Made by a program: the position numbers and the translations under genes. A DNA stretch of 64,000 nt, from contig JADKJZ010000014.1 in the NCBI GenBank assembly GCA_016720805.1, positions 516,904-580,903 of the forward strand, given 5' to 3'. The notes beneath the pieces were generated by a model. It searched no databases, was not told the DNA's origin, and saw only the letters and a list, made by a program, of their open reading frames with translations. How positions within the stretch are numbered: position 1 is the first letter of the stretch; every line of letters starts with the position of its first letter. The DNA is from Gemmatimonadota bacterium. GTDB taxonomy: Bacteria > Gemmatimonadota > Gemmatimonadetes > Gemmatimonadales > GWC2-71-9. This document shows, in pieces, positions 37,172-46,153 of this stretch.

Positions 37172-38210
37172 GCGCCGATCTCCAGGATGACCTTCCCCGC
37201 TTGCCCCGCCTTGATCACCGCGATGGCGTCGGCAATCTGTTCGAGCGGGAAGCGGTGGGTGATGACGGGGCGGGGGTCGAGTTGGCCGGCGCGGAGGAAT
37301 CGAAACATCTCGATCCAGGTCCGGTACATCCGCCGACCGGTGACGCCGTAGAGGGTCAGTCCCTTGAAGATGATGTCGCGGGCGAAGTCCACCTCGGTCG
37401 TCTTGCTCGGGGTGCCGAGGAGATTCACGCGGCCCCTGGGCGGGCGGCGGCGAACGCCTGTGCGTGTCCCGCCGGGTGACCACTCATCTCGCAGACCAGG
37501 TCGACACCGATCCCGCCGGTGAGCTCGCGGCACCTTGCCACCACGTCATCGCTGGCTGGGTCGAAGGTGTGGTGGGCCCCCATCTGCTCGGCGAGTTGCC
37601 GGCGGAAGGGGTTGAAGTCGGAGGCCAGCACCAGGGAGGCGCCGGCGGCCCGGAGGACCCCCACCGCGAAGCAGCCGATCGGGCCACAGCCCAGCACCAG
37701 CACGGTGGAGCCAGGGACTGACCCGCCCTCGAGGGCGGTGTGAACTCCGTTCCCGATCGGGTCCATGATGGCGCCGATGTCGGTCGGGATCCCGTCCAGC
37801 TTCATCACGTTGTCGGCGGGCATCGCGATGAAATCGGCGAACGCCCCGTCGCGATCGACCCCGATGATCCGGGTCCGAGCGCAGAGGTGGGCGTTGCCGG
37901 TGCGGCAGGGGATGCAGTGGCCGCAGACGATGTGTCCCTCCGCGGTCACCAGGTCGCCGATGTGAAAAAGTCCCTCGCGTTCGGTCTCCGCACCGAGCGC
38001 GACGATCTCCCCGGCGAACTCGTGGCCGATCACCACCGGCGGCTTCAGTCGTGCCGACGCCCACGCGTCCCACTCCCAGATGTGCAGGTCGGTGCCGCAG
38101 ACGCCGGCGTGGTGCACCTTGATGAGGACGTCGCGTGAGCCGACGTCGGGGACCGGTCGTTCGACGACATCCATCCCGACGCCGGGAGCTGCTTTCACGA
38201 CTGCACGCAT
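37168..38210 (-). pseudogene. tdh: L-threonine 3-dehydrogenase, reading frame broken by an apparent 1-nt deletion (or a sequencing error)
   Basis: The N-terminal 262 aa are in one frame (MRAVVKAAPG..GHEFAGE..CGHCIPCRTG..EMSGHPAGHAQAFAAARPGAA*). The C-terminal part (RVNLLGTPSKTTEVDFARDIIFKGLTLYGVTGRRMY..GKVILEIGA) is in another. The span is 1043 nt, one short of a multiple of 3. The junction is at the G/C run at 37434-37437. Confidence 0.75.
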
Positions 38211-38796
38211 GATCAATCCGGTGGTGAGGAAGCGCCAAATATGGGTGGCCGACCGGAGCAACCCAAGGTCCCCCCGTCGCAGCCGTCGGAAAGATTTTGA
38301 CCGTTCGTGGCCATTTTCGGGGGAGCGGCGGACCGGGCGCGCGGAGGGGAAAAATCCCCCGCTCGCGGCCGGTTGGAGGATGTCGTCGCGTGCGCGGCGC
38401 GCACCGCGCGGCATCGGCGCGTTCGGGAGGTGATGCACGTGGTGGTGCGTGACGTGCACTCGCGCGTGTCGCGGGAAGCCGCATTTCACAAGGCTTTGCG
38501 GTCGACGCGCACACAGTGCGACATCGCGACGTGCCGGTGCGCGCGATGCAACACACGCCGCGCGCGCATCGTGATGCCGCCCCGTGGCGCCGCGTTCTCG
38601 GCGCCAAATCCATGTGGACGATCGGTGGAAGCCGATGCCCCGGTGAGGGTTCCGGGTTGCGGGGGGTATTGCGCCCGGAAGGAAAATTTTGATCTTGTAT
38701 ATGCCGACGCTACTCCGCCGACAGGAGCGGGTCGTCGCCGTGAGTACCGCACGTACGTCGAGTGCTCACGAATTTTTTAATCCTCAGGGAGGCTCC

Positions 38797-39000
38797 ATGG
38801 CTACCAAGAAGGCTGCGAAGAAGGCCGCGAAGCGGCCGGCGAAGAAGGCCGCGAAGAAGGCTGCCAAGCGTCCGGCGAAGAAGGCCGCGAAGAAGGGCGC
38901 GAAGAAGGCTGCCAAGCGTCCGGCGAAGAAGGCTGCCAAGAAGGCCGCCAAGCGTCCGGCGAAGAAGGCCGCCAAGAAGGCCGCGAAGAAGGCTGCGTAA
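38797..39000 (+). CDS. Histone H1-like / AlgP-like Lys-Ala-Pro repeat basic protein
   Basis: GGAGG lies 5 nt upstream of the ATG. The product is 67 aa, MATKKAAKKAAKRPAKKAAKKAAKRPAKK.. A hairpin terminator lies downstream. Confidence 0.7.
   Translation: MATKKAAKKAAKRPAKKAAKKAAKRPAKKAAKKGAKKAAKRPAKKAAKKAAKRPAKKAAKKAAKKAA
38806..38997 (+). repeat. In-frame 36-bp (12-aa, KKAAKKAAKRPA) tandem repeat, about 5 copies
   Basis: Read directly from the coding sequence of the H1-like gene. Confidence 0.8.
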
Positions 39001-39041
39001 GCAGTCGCTCTCGCGGCCTTCGCCGTGAGAGGCAGCTAAGT

Positions 39042-39076
39042 AAAAAGGGCCGGCACGTTGCCGGCCCTATGCTTTT
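39042..39076. terminator. Rho-independent terminator (A-tract, GGGCCGGCA-cgt-TGCCGGCCC, T-tract)
   Basis: The 9-bp perfect GC stem (39047-39067) is flanked by AAAAA on the 5' side and TATGCTTTT on the 3' side. It lies between convergent genes. Confidence 0.75.
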
Positions 39077-39091
39077 CCCCCCAACGACATC

Positions 39092-39958
39092 TCAGGCTCG
39101 GGCGTTGTGTCGCCCGCTCACCGTCTGTTCCGCCGCCGGCTTGCAGAAGAGCGCGCCGCGCGACGCCATCCCGCGCGTCCGACGGCCGGTCGGCGGCAGG
39201 GTTTCCCGCAGCCAACTGGTATAGTGCCCGGCGAACCCTTCCGGCCCGGCCCCCTGCCCATCCGGCACCAGCGCGTGCAATCCGCCGGGAGCGGTCAGCC
39301 CCTGGAGCTCGGTCAGCAGGACCTGCCGCTCCCCCGGCGAGAGGGAGGCGAGGGTGCCGGCGTCGAGTACCACCAGCGCGAAGCCCCCCGGGATGCAGGG
39401 GAGCCACTGGCCGAATTGGACGCAGATCGCATCGAAGGTCGAGGAGAGCGCTTCATCGGCGACCCGACCCTCGGCCCGCTCCACGACGGTGAAGTCCCGG
39501 TCGAGAAAGGTGACGTCGGCGTCGTGGGCCGCAAGCAGGTAGGCGCACTGCTCGGCGCCGACACCGACCACGAGCGCCTGGTCGCCCGGTTCGATCCGCG
39601 GGGCCAGTCCAGCCACCAGATGCGTGTCGTCGAGGTTCCAGTGGATCGGTTCGCGCTGCGCCGCGCGACGCTTCGGGTAGGACTTCCGCCACGCCTCGAA
39701 GCCGCGGATCCCGAGCATCTGGATGATCAGCGCGTCGACCGCTTCCTGCGCAAGGACTTCGGTGAGCAGGAACTGGTCGGCGTCCGATCGGCGCACCTCG
39801 CAGACCGCCTTGTCCGCGAGGCGCATCAGCTCCTCGCGGGAGATCCGGTTCTTGAACTGCTCGACCCGGTCCATGATGTAGAGATCGTATTGCTGGCGCA
39901 GCGAGCGGAGAGGACGCCGCCGGGGGGCGGTCGCGAGAAGCTGCTGCTGGGAAAGCAT
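39092..39958 (-). CDS. Hypothetical protein with a possible class I methyltransferase-like C-terminal half
   Basis: 288 aa. The Rossmann-like stretch ALVVGVGAEQCAYLLAAHDADVTFLDRD weakly resembles SAM motif I. No firm family assignment. Confidence 0.35.
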   Translation of the reverse strand: MLSQQQLLATAPRRRPLRSLRQQYDLYIMDRVEQFKNRISREELMRLADKAVCEVRRSDADQFLLTEVLAQEAVDALIIQMLGIRGFEAWRKSYPKRRAAQREPIHWNLDDTHLVAGLAPRIEPGDQALVVGVGAEQCAYLLAAHDADVTFLDRDFTVVERAEGRVADEALSSTFDAICVQFGQWLPCIPGGFALVVLDAGTLASLSPGERQVLLTELQGLTAPGGLHALVPDGQGAGPEGFAGHYTSWLRETLPPTGRRTRGMASRGALFCKPAAEQTVSGRHNARA

Positions 39959-39988
39959 CCCACAACTTTGCGAAATTGCGCCCCCGCG

Positions 39989-41143
39989 TCAATCCGCTCG
40001 GAGGATGGCCCCCTTCAAATAGCCGGTTTCCGGGATGGTGATCACCTCCGGATGGTCCACGCCCTGGCCCAGAACCGAGTGCAGCGTCAGCCGGCGGCCA
40101 CTGTCGGCGGCCGCCCCGGCGAGCATCGCGAGGAATTCCGGCCGACGCACATGGAAGGAACAGGACGCACTGACGAGCCAGCCGCCGGGTGCCAGGAGGC
40201 GCATCGCCCGGCGATTCACCTCGTGGTACCCGCGCAGGGCGGCCGGGACGCTGGCCTTGCTCTTCGCGAACGCCGGCGGGTCGACCACGACCACATCGAA
40301 GCGGCGGCCCTCGCGCCCCCACGCCGGGAGGACGTCGAAGGCATCGCCGGTGACGAAGTCGATCTGGCCGAAACCATTGAGGGCGGCGTGTTCCGCCCCG
40401 CGGGCGAGCGCCTCGGCCGAGACGTCGAGCGCGGTCACGGCGGAGGCGCGCTGCGCCAGGTGGAGCGCAAAGGAGCCATGGTAGGAGAAGCAGTCGAGCG
40501 CGGTCCCACCCGCGGGGACGAGTGATCCGGCGAGCTGCCGGTTTTCGCGCTGGTCGAGGAAGGCGCCGGTCTTCTGCCCCGTCCACGGTGCGGCGTACCA
40601 GCGCACCGACCCCTCGCGCACTTCGACCCGCTCCGGCACGGACCCCATCGCCAACTCGACCCGATCGTCGAGTCCCTCGAGACGGCGCGTGGGGACGTCG
40701 TGCCGGAAGAGAATCCCCTCGGGCTGGAACACCTCGCGGAGCGCCTCGACGATCATCGCCCGCTGCGTCTCGAGACCGGCCGAGAGGAGCTGCACCACCA
40801 ACCAGCGGTCGTAGCGGTCGACGATCAGCGCCGGGAGGCCGTCGCCCTCGGCGTGGACGGCACGCCACGCCGACGCATCGAGGCCGAGCCGTCGGTCGCG
40901 GCATTCGGTGAGCCGATCGCGCCACCATCCGCCGTCGATCGGGACGTCGCGTCGCTCGAGCAGGCGCAGGCGAATCTCCGAGCTCGGGGAGCAGAGTGCC
41001 CGCCCCAGGAAGCGGCCGCGCCCGTCGCGCACGGCGACCACGCCTGCTTCCGGCGGGTGCTCGCGCACGTCGCTTCGGTAAATCCACGGGTGCCCCGTGG
41101 TCCAGCGCTTGGCACCGCGATCGCTCACGACGGCATCGGTCAT
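39989..41143 (-). CDS. rlmI: Class I SAM-dependent rRNA (cytosine-C5) methyltransferase, RlmI-like (PUA + MTase)
   Basis: 384 aa. N-terminal motifs GHPWIYRSDV and GRFLGRALCSPSSEIRLRLL. MTase motifs LDCFSYHGSFAL and DVVVVDPPAFAK. Confidence 0.7.
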   Translation of the reverse strand: MTDAVVSDRGAKRWTTGHPWIYRSDVREHPPEAGVVAVRDGRGRFLGRALCSPSSEIRLRLLERRDVPIDGGWWRDRLTECRDRRLGLDASAWRAVHAEGDGLPALIVDRYDRWLVVQLLSAGLETQRAMIVEALREVFQPEGILFRHDVPTRRLEGLDDRVELAMGSVPERVEVREGSVRWYAAPWTGQKTGAFLDQRENRQLAGSLVPAGGTALDCFSYHGSFALHLAQRASAVTALDVSAEALARGAEHAALNGFGQIDFVTGDAFDVLPAWGREGRRFDVVVVDPPAFAKSKASVPAALRGYHEVNRRAMRLLAPGGWLVSASCSFHVRRPEFLAMLAGAAADSGRRLTLHSVLGQGVDHPEVITIPETGYLKGAILRAD

Positions 41144-41194
41144 CGGTCCCTCCGGCTGGCGTTGCCGGGGCGACCCCCGCTGATTTCGTTCCGC

Positions 41195-41818
41195 ATGCGC
41201 GAGAATCTAGCCGCCACCCTCCGTCTCCTGCTCGTGACCGACGACGCCCTCCTCGGCGCGCGCGACCCGATCGCCGTGGCGCGGGCGGCCGTCGCGGGAG
41301 GCGTGACCGCCATCCAGCTCCGGCTCAAGCACGCCTCCGATCGTGATCTGCTCGCGCTGGCCCGTCACCTGGTGGCGTTGCTCCCCGTCCCGATCTTCGT
41401 CAACGACCGACTCGACATCGCCCTCGCCGCCGGCGCGGCGGGCGCCCATCTTGGCGCGGACGACCTTCCCCCAGCCCGAGCTCGGCGCATTGTTCCGGCT
41501 GGCTTCCTCCTCGGAGCGTCGGTGGGCAGTCCCGCCGAGATCGAGCGCGGTCTCGCCGCCGACTATTGGGGAATCGGGCCCCTGCACGGCACCAGCACGA
41601 AGGGCGACGCGGGGGACGCGCTTGGACTTGATGGCGCCGCGACGCTGCTGGCGCAGGCAGGCACGCGGCCATGCGTGGTTATCGGTGGCGTGCTGCCGGA
41701 CGATGTCGCGCCGGCGCTCGCGGCAGGCTTTGCGGGCGTCGCGGTCGTGCGCGGAATTCTGGGGGGGGAGGATGTCGAGGAGAGGGCGAGGAAGTACCGG
41801 ATGATGGATGATGGATGA
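41195..41818 (+). CDS. thiE: Thiamine-phosphate synthase
   Basis: 207 aa. Motifs LLLVTD.., VTAIQLRLK, FVNDRLDIALAAGA.GAHLG and VVIGGV. The last 5 codons (MMDDG) and the stop lie inside a GGATGAT array. Confidence 0.8.
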   Translation: MRENLAATLRLLLVTDDALLGARDPIAVARAAVAGGVTAIQLRLKHASDRDLLALARHLVALLPVPIFVNDRLDIALAAGAAGAHLGADDLPPARARRIVPAGFLLGASVGSPAEIERGLAADYWGIGPLHGTSTKGDAGDALGLDGAATLLAQAGTRPCVVIGGVLPDDVAPALAAGFAGVAVVRGILGGEDVEERARKYRMMDDG

Positions 41819-41865
41819 TGGATAATTGCAGAATGCTGTCATCCATCATCGATCATCGATCATCC
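41799..41865. repeat. Hairpin element (GGATGAT)x3-GGATAAT / loop / CATCC-ATCATCG-ATCATCG-ATCATCC
   Basis: Read directly. The left arm contains the thiE stop (41816-41818). The right arm contains the mltG stop (41860-41862). Confidence 0.9.
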
Positions 41866-42852
41866 CTTCGGACCCCGCACGCGCTTGATGTTCCGCAAAT
41901 GCTCCGCATACTCCACCGCAAAGAGATGCGTCCCGTCGCCGACGGCGACGAAATAGAGCTCGCGCCCCGGGGCGGGGGAGAGCACCGCGTCGATCGCGGC
42001 ATCGCTCGGGTTGCCGATCGGGGTCGGCGGGAGCCCCGGATGGAGATAACTGTTGTACGGTGAGGGGTAGGCGTAGTCCTTGTTGTAGAGCCGCGGCTTC
42101 CGCGCGCCCGAGTCGACGAGGTAGGCGTACTGAATCGTCGGGTCGGCCTGGAGGGGCATGCCGAGGCGGAGGCGGTTGCGGTAGACGGCCGCGATCCGCG
42201 GCAGTTCGGCAGCGCGCATCGCCTCGGCCTCGATGATTGAGGCAAGCGAGATCACGTCCGCTTGATCGAGGTCGGCCGCGTCCGCGCGTGTCTTCCAGTC
42301 GGCCGGCCAGTGCGCGCGGCGCGCGTCGAGGAACGACTCGAGCACCTCCCGCGCGCCGCCGAGGCCGGTGAAGGTGAAGGTCACCGGCCGGAGCCATCCT
42401 TCGACGGTGGCCCCGGGGATGCCGAACTCGCGTCGGAGGGCGGAGTCGCGCGCAACGCGGAGGAGGGTGTCGGCGGGAATCGCGAGCACGCTTTCCGCGC
42501 GGCGTGCCAGGTCGAAGAGGGTGGCGCCTTCGGGGAGGGTGATCTTGAATCGCACCGCGTCGCCCCGCGCGAGCCGGTCAAGCAACGCGGCGGTCGAGCT
42601 GCCGGGGGCGAACTCGTAGACACCGGGCTTGAGCCGCCGGTCGACCCCCTGCATCCGCCCCCGCAGCCGGAACCAGCGGGCATTGGCGATGATGCCACGC
42701 GCCACGAGCGAGTCGCCGATGCTGGCGAGCGTGCTCCCTTTCGGCACACCGACCCGCACCGGCGGACCATCGCCGCCGCCACAGGCCGTCAGGGCCGCCA
42801 GCGTGAGCACCATCAGCCGACGCCGCATCACCGCCTCCGCCCGTCGAGCCAA
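41860..42852 (-). CDS. mltG: Endolytic murein transglycosylase MltG (YceG-like)
   Basis: N-terminal anchor, then YNSYLHPGLPPTPIGNPS and YFVAVGDGTHLFA motifs. Confidence 0.85.
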   Translation of the reverse strand: MARRAEAVMRRRLMVLTLAALTACGGGDGPPVRVGVPKGSTLASIGDSLVARGIIANARWFRLRGRMQGVDRRLKPGVYEFAPGSSTAALLDRLARGDAVRFKITLPEGATLFDLARRAESVLAIPADTLLRVARDSALRREFGIPGATVEGWLRPVTFTFTGLGGAREVLESFLDARRAHWPADWKTRADAADLDQADVISLASIIEAEAMRAAELPRIAAVYRNRLRLGMPLQADPTIQYAYLVDSGARKPRLYNKDYAYPSPYNSYLHPGLPPTPIGNPSDAAIDAVLSPAPGRELYFVAVGDGTHLFAVEYAEHLRNIKRVRGPKG

Positions 42853-43268
42853 CGTTCCAGCACGATCGCGGCGGCCATCGCGTCGATGTCGGCCTTTCGC
42901 TGGCGCGGGGCGACGCCGCGCTCGGTCAGCCGCTCGAGCGTTTCGGCGGTGGTGAAGCTCTCGTCGATCCAGTCGATGGGCAGCGCGGCCCGCGCGGCGA
43001 ACTGCTCGCCCATGGCGCGAGCCGCCTGGGCGGACTCCCCCTCGGCACCCTCATCGTCCAACGGGAGCCCAACCACCAACCCGACCGGATGTTCCCGCTC
43101 GATCAGGTCGAGAAACTGCCCCAACGGCAAGCGCTTCCCCGCCCGGCGCGTGAGCGTGCCGAGCGGGGAAGCGAGGAGCTGCGTCTCGTCGGTGATGGCG
43201 ACGCCGATGCGGGCGTGGCCCCAGTCGAGGGCCATCACCCGGCCGGTGGTTGGGATGGGGGCGGACAT
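42828..43268 (-). CDS. ruvX: Holliday-junction resolvase-like / pre-16S rRNA nuclease (YqgF)
   Basis: Motifs VMALDWGHARIGVAITD and GLVVGLPL..DG. Start ATG at 43268 chosen. Overlaps the mltG start. Confidence 0.8.
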   Translation of the reverse strand: MSAPIPTTGRVMALDWGHARIGVAITDETQLLASPLGTLTRRAGKRLPLGQFLDLIEREHPVGLVVGLPLDDEGAEGESAQAARAMGEQFAARAALPIDWIDESFTTAETLERLTERGVAPRQRKADIDAMAAAIVLERWLDGRRR

Positions 43269-43358
43269 ACGTGCGCACGTGCGGTGGCGTGTAGGGGCGA
43301 AGTCGGGCGAAGTAGGGGCGCAGCATGCCGCGCCCATACAAGCGCCCGTGCGTCGCCC

Positions 43359-44606
43359 CTACTGCGCCATCGACGCGAAGAACTCCTTGTTCGTCTTCGT
43401 CCGCTTCATCCGCTCGAGGAGGAACTCCATCGCCTCGACCACCGGCATGTCCGCCAGGAAGTTGCGGAGCAGGTAGACGCGGTTGAGCTCGTCCTTGTCG
43501 AGCAGGAGCTCCTCCTTCCGGGTACCCGACTTGTTGATGTCGATGGCGGGGTAGATCCGGCGATCGGCGAGGCGGCGGTCGAGGACGAGTTCAGCGTTGC
43601 CGGTGCCCTTGAACTCCTCGAAGATCACCTCGTCCATCCGCGACCCGGTGTCGATCAGCGCGGTGGCGATGATCGTGAGCGAGCCGCCGCCCTCGATGTT
43701 TCGGGCGGCGCCGAAGAAGCGCTTCGGCTTCTGCAGCGCGTTCGCGTCGACACCACCAGAGAGGATCTTGCCGGAGTGCGGCACGACCACGTTGTGCGCG
43801 CGCGCCAGGCGGGTGATCGAGTCGAGGAGGATGATCACGTCGCGGCCATGCTCGACCAGACGCTTCGCCTTCTCGATGACCATGTCCGCGACCTGCACGT
43901 GGCGGTCCGCCGGCTCGTCGAACGTCGAGGCAATCACCTCGGCCTGGACGTTCTCCTGCATGTCCGTCACTTCCTCGGGGCGCTCGTCGATCAGCAGCAC
44001 GATGAGGTAGCTCTCGGGGTGGTTCTCGGTGATCGCGTTGGCGAGCTTCTGCAGCAGGATCGTCTTGCCGGCCTTCGGCGGCGCCACGATGAGCCCGCGC
44101 TGGCCCTTGCCGATCGGCGACATCAGGTCGACGACGCGCATCGAGAGATCGTTCTTGCTCCCCTCGAGACGGATCCGCTCATCCGGATAGCGCGGCTTCA
44201 GGTTGTCGAAGGCGATCCGGGTCTTGGTCTTGTCCGGCTCCTCGAAGTTGACGCTCTCGACCTTGAGCAGCGCGAGGTACCGTTCCCCCTCCTTCGGTGG
44301 CCGCACCTGACCCTGCACCGTGTCGCCGGTGCGGAGGTCGAACCGCTTGATCTGGCTCGGCGAGACGTAAATGTCGTCAGGGCCGTAGAGGTAGTTCCAA
44401 TCCTGCGACCGGAGGAAGCCGTAGCCTTCCGGCAGGATTTCGAGCACCCCTTCGCCGCGGATGACCGTGTCCTTGTCGAGCAGCGACTGCTCGATGCGGA
44501 AGATCAGGTCCTGCTTGCGGAGGCCTGAATAGTTGGTGATGTTGAGTTCGGCGGCGAGCACATGGAGCTCGGCGACGGATTTCTGCTTCAGTTCAGCAAT
44601 ATCCAC
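43359..44606 (-). CDS. rho: Transcription termination factor Rho
   Basis: GTG at 44606 with GGAG upstream. The N-terminus [23 protein letters not shown].. matches the Rho N-terminal domain. Motifs [15 protein letters not shown] and RFFGAARN are present. Confidence 0.95.
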   Translation of the reverse strand: MDIAELKQKSVAELHVLAAELNITNYSGLRKQDLIFRIEQSLLDKDTVIRGEGVLEILPEGYGFLRSQDWNYLYGPDDIYVSPSQIKRFDLRTGDTVQGQVRPPKEGERYLALLKVESVNFEEPDKTKTRIAFDNLKPRYPDERIRLEGSKNDLSMRVVDLMSPIGKGQRGLIVAPPKAGKTILLQKLANAITENHPESYLIVLLIDERPEEVTDMQENVQAEVIASTFDEPADRHVQVADMVIEKAKRLVEHGRDVIILLDSITRLARAHNVVVPHSGKILSGGVDANALQKPKRFFGAARNIEGGGSLTIIATALIDTGSRMDEVIFEEFKGTGNAELVLDRRLADRRIYPAIDINKSGTRKEELLLDKDELNRVYLLRNFLADMPVVEAMEFLLERMKRTKTNKEFFASMAQ

Positions 44607-44723
44607 GGATATCTCCGGGTGGCATCGCCAACCCCGCCGGCCAACGCGGCACGACAGGATGGAGTGGGCTTTGGGCGTTCGGTCTGGTGTCTGGGCGTAT
44701 GGGGCTCGCGCGAAGGCGCGAAG

Positions 44724-45935
44724 ATGACCATCGGAAGGGACGCGGGGGATCCTGCAATTGCCCAATCATATGGGGCGTTTGGCGCCCCGTCAACACCGGC
44801 GATGACCGACCCGCGGGCGTTCTTCTCCGTCTGGCGATCGCAACCGCTGGCCGGGACCCGGGAGGTGCTGGACGGCGTGGTTGCCCCGGAACACCGGGGA
44901 CCCTCGCCCGCGCTCACGGCCCTGCTGGCCTCCTGGCCGGGCGCCTGGTATTGGGCGGACGACGCCAGGACCCGGCTGGTACTCATTCAGGGGACGGTCC
45001 CGGCCCGCCCCGAACGGTGGCTCTGGCACGGCGGGCTGTTGCTGCTGACCATCCTCTGCACGCTCGGGGCGGGGGCCGTCTTGCAGAGCCGCTGGGTACC
45101 CACCGTCCACCCAGGCTTCTGGGGTGCGGTCCGCTCCGTGGTCGAATTTGCGGAATTCGCGCTCCAGGGAGGGTGGCGGACCTTGCTGCCGGGTTGGGAG
45201 TTCGCCGCCCCGCTCCTCTCGATCCTCCTCGTCCACGAGCTGGGCCACTATTGGACGGCACGCCGCTACGCCATCGATGTCTCGCCACCCTACTTCCTGC
45301 CGGTGCCGCCGAATCTTTCACCGATCGGCGGACTCGGGGCGTACATCCGGCTCCGCTCCCCGATCTATGATCGGCGGCAGCTGCTCGATGTCGGCGCCGC
45401 GGGCCCCCTCGCGGGATTCGTGGTGGCCATCGGCGTGATGATCTGGGGCTACTCGCTGTCGCATCGGATGGAGTTCCCGCTGGCTGGATCGCCGTCCTTC
45501 GTGCTCTTTGCAGGGAAGCCGGCCTTTCTGGGCGATTCGTTCCTGACCCATCAGCTGCGGGAGTGGCTGCTGCCGGGCACGGGGGCGGTGCTCCTCTCGC
45601 CGCAGGCGTTTGCGGGGTGGGTCGGCCTCTTCATCACCGGACTCAACTTGCTGCCCCTGTCACAGCTGGACGGCGGGCACGTCCTCTACGGTCTGTTGGG
45701 GCGGCGACAGAAGACGATCGGCCTGCTCTGCGTCGGTGCGCTGCTCATTCTCGCGCAGCAGGCACCGATGTGGTATCTCTGGGTGGTCCTCACCTTCGCG
45801 ATCGGTGGCGGACGCTGGACCCACCCGGAAGTGGTACTGCCTGACCGTCCGGTGCTCGCGGCCGGACGCTGGACCGGCTTCTGCTGTATCGTTGTCTTCC
45901 TGCTGACCTTCGTGCCAGTCCCTTTCCTTCGCTGA
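44724..45935 (+). CDS. Site-2 protease family (M50) membrane metalloprotease
   Basis: HELGH zinc motif ([10 protein letters not shown]). Polytopic. [14 protein letters not shown] (NxxPxxxLDG) motif. Start uncertain (ATG at 44724 or 44802). Confidence 0.8.
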   Translation: MTIGRDAGDPAIAQSYGAFGAPSTPAMTDPRAFFSVWRSQPLAGTREVLDGVVAPEHRGPSPALTALLASWPGAWYWADDARTRLVLIQGTVPARPERWLWHGGLLLLTILCTLGAGAVLQSRWVPTVHPGFWGAVRSVVEFAEFALQGGWRTLLPGWEFAAPLLSILLVHELGHYWTARRYAIDVSPPYFLPVPPNLSPIGGLGAYIRLRSPIYDRRQLLDVGAAGPLAGFVVAIGVMIWGYSLSHRMEFPLAGSPSFVLFAGKPAFLGDSFLTHQLREWLLPGTGAVLLSPQAFAGWVGLFITGLNLLPLSQLDGGHVLYGLLGRRQKTIGLLCVGALLILAQQAPMWYLWVVLTFAIGGGRWTHPEVVLPDRPVLAAGRWTGFCCIVVFLLTFVPVPFLR

Positions 45936-45946
45936 CGAGGTCCCGC

Positions 45947-46147
45947 ATGGCCGAGCCCGATCCGATGTCCAAGTTGCGCCACGACCTCGCCAACCCGCTG
46001 GCCGCCATTCTCGCCGAGACGCAATTGCTGCTGATTGGTGATGAGGAGATGTCGCCCGATGTGAAGCAGGCGCTCAAGGAGATCGAGAAGCTGGCGATCC
46101 GGATGCGCGCCATCCTGCGCGGCACCCAGGAGCCGCCCCAGGGGTAG
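45947..46147 (+). CDS. Stand-alone HisKA/DHp-like mini-protein (66 aa)
   Basis: LRHDLANPLAAILAETQLL resembles a histidine-kinase H-box helix and is followed by a second helix. There is no ATPase domain. It begins 11 nt after the M50 gene. Confidence 0.45.
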   Translation: MAEPDPMSKLRHDLANPLAAILAETQLLLIGDEEMSPDVKQALKEIEKLAIRMRAILRGTQEPPQG

Positions 46148-46153
46148 CCGACG

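Noticed and set aside
38675-38685. CCGGAAGGAAA, reminiscent of the SRP RNA domain IV core
   Set aside because: The flanking conserved SRP helix sequences (GGUCC..GCAGCC pairing) are absent.
38307-38780. 157-aa ORF in the long intergenic region upstream of tdh
   Set aside because: It has a low-complexity Arg/Ala/Cys-rich translation, no RBS and no recognisable fold pattern. It is treated as non-coding.
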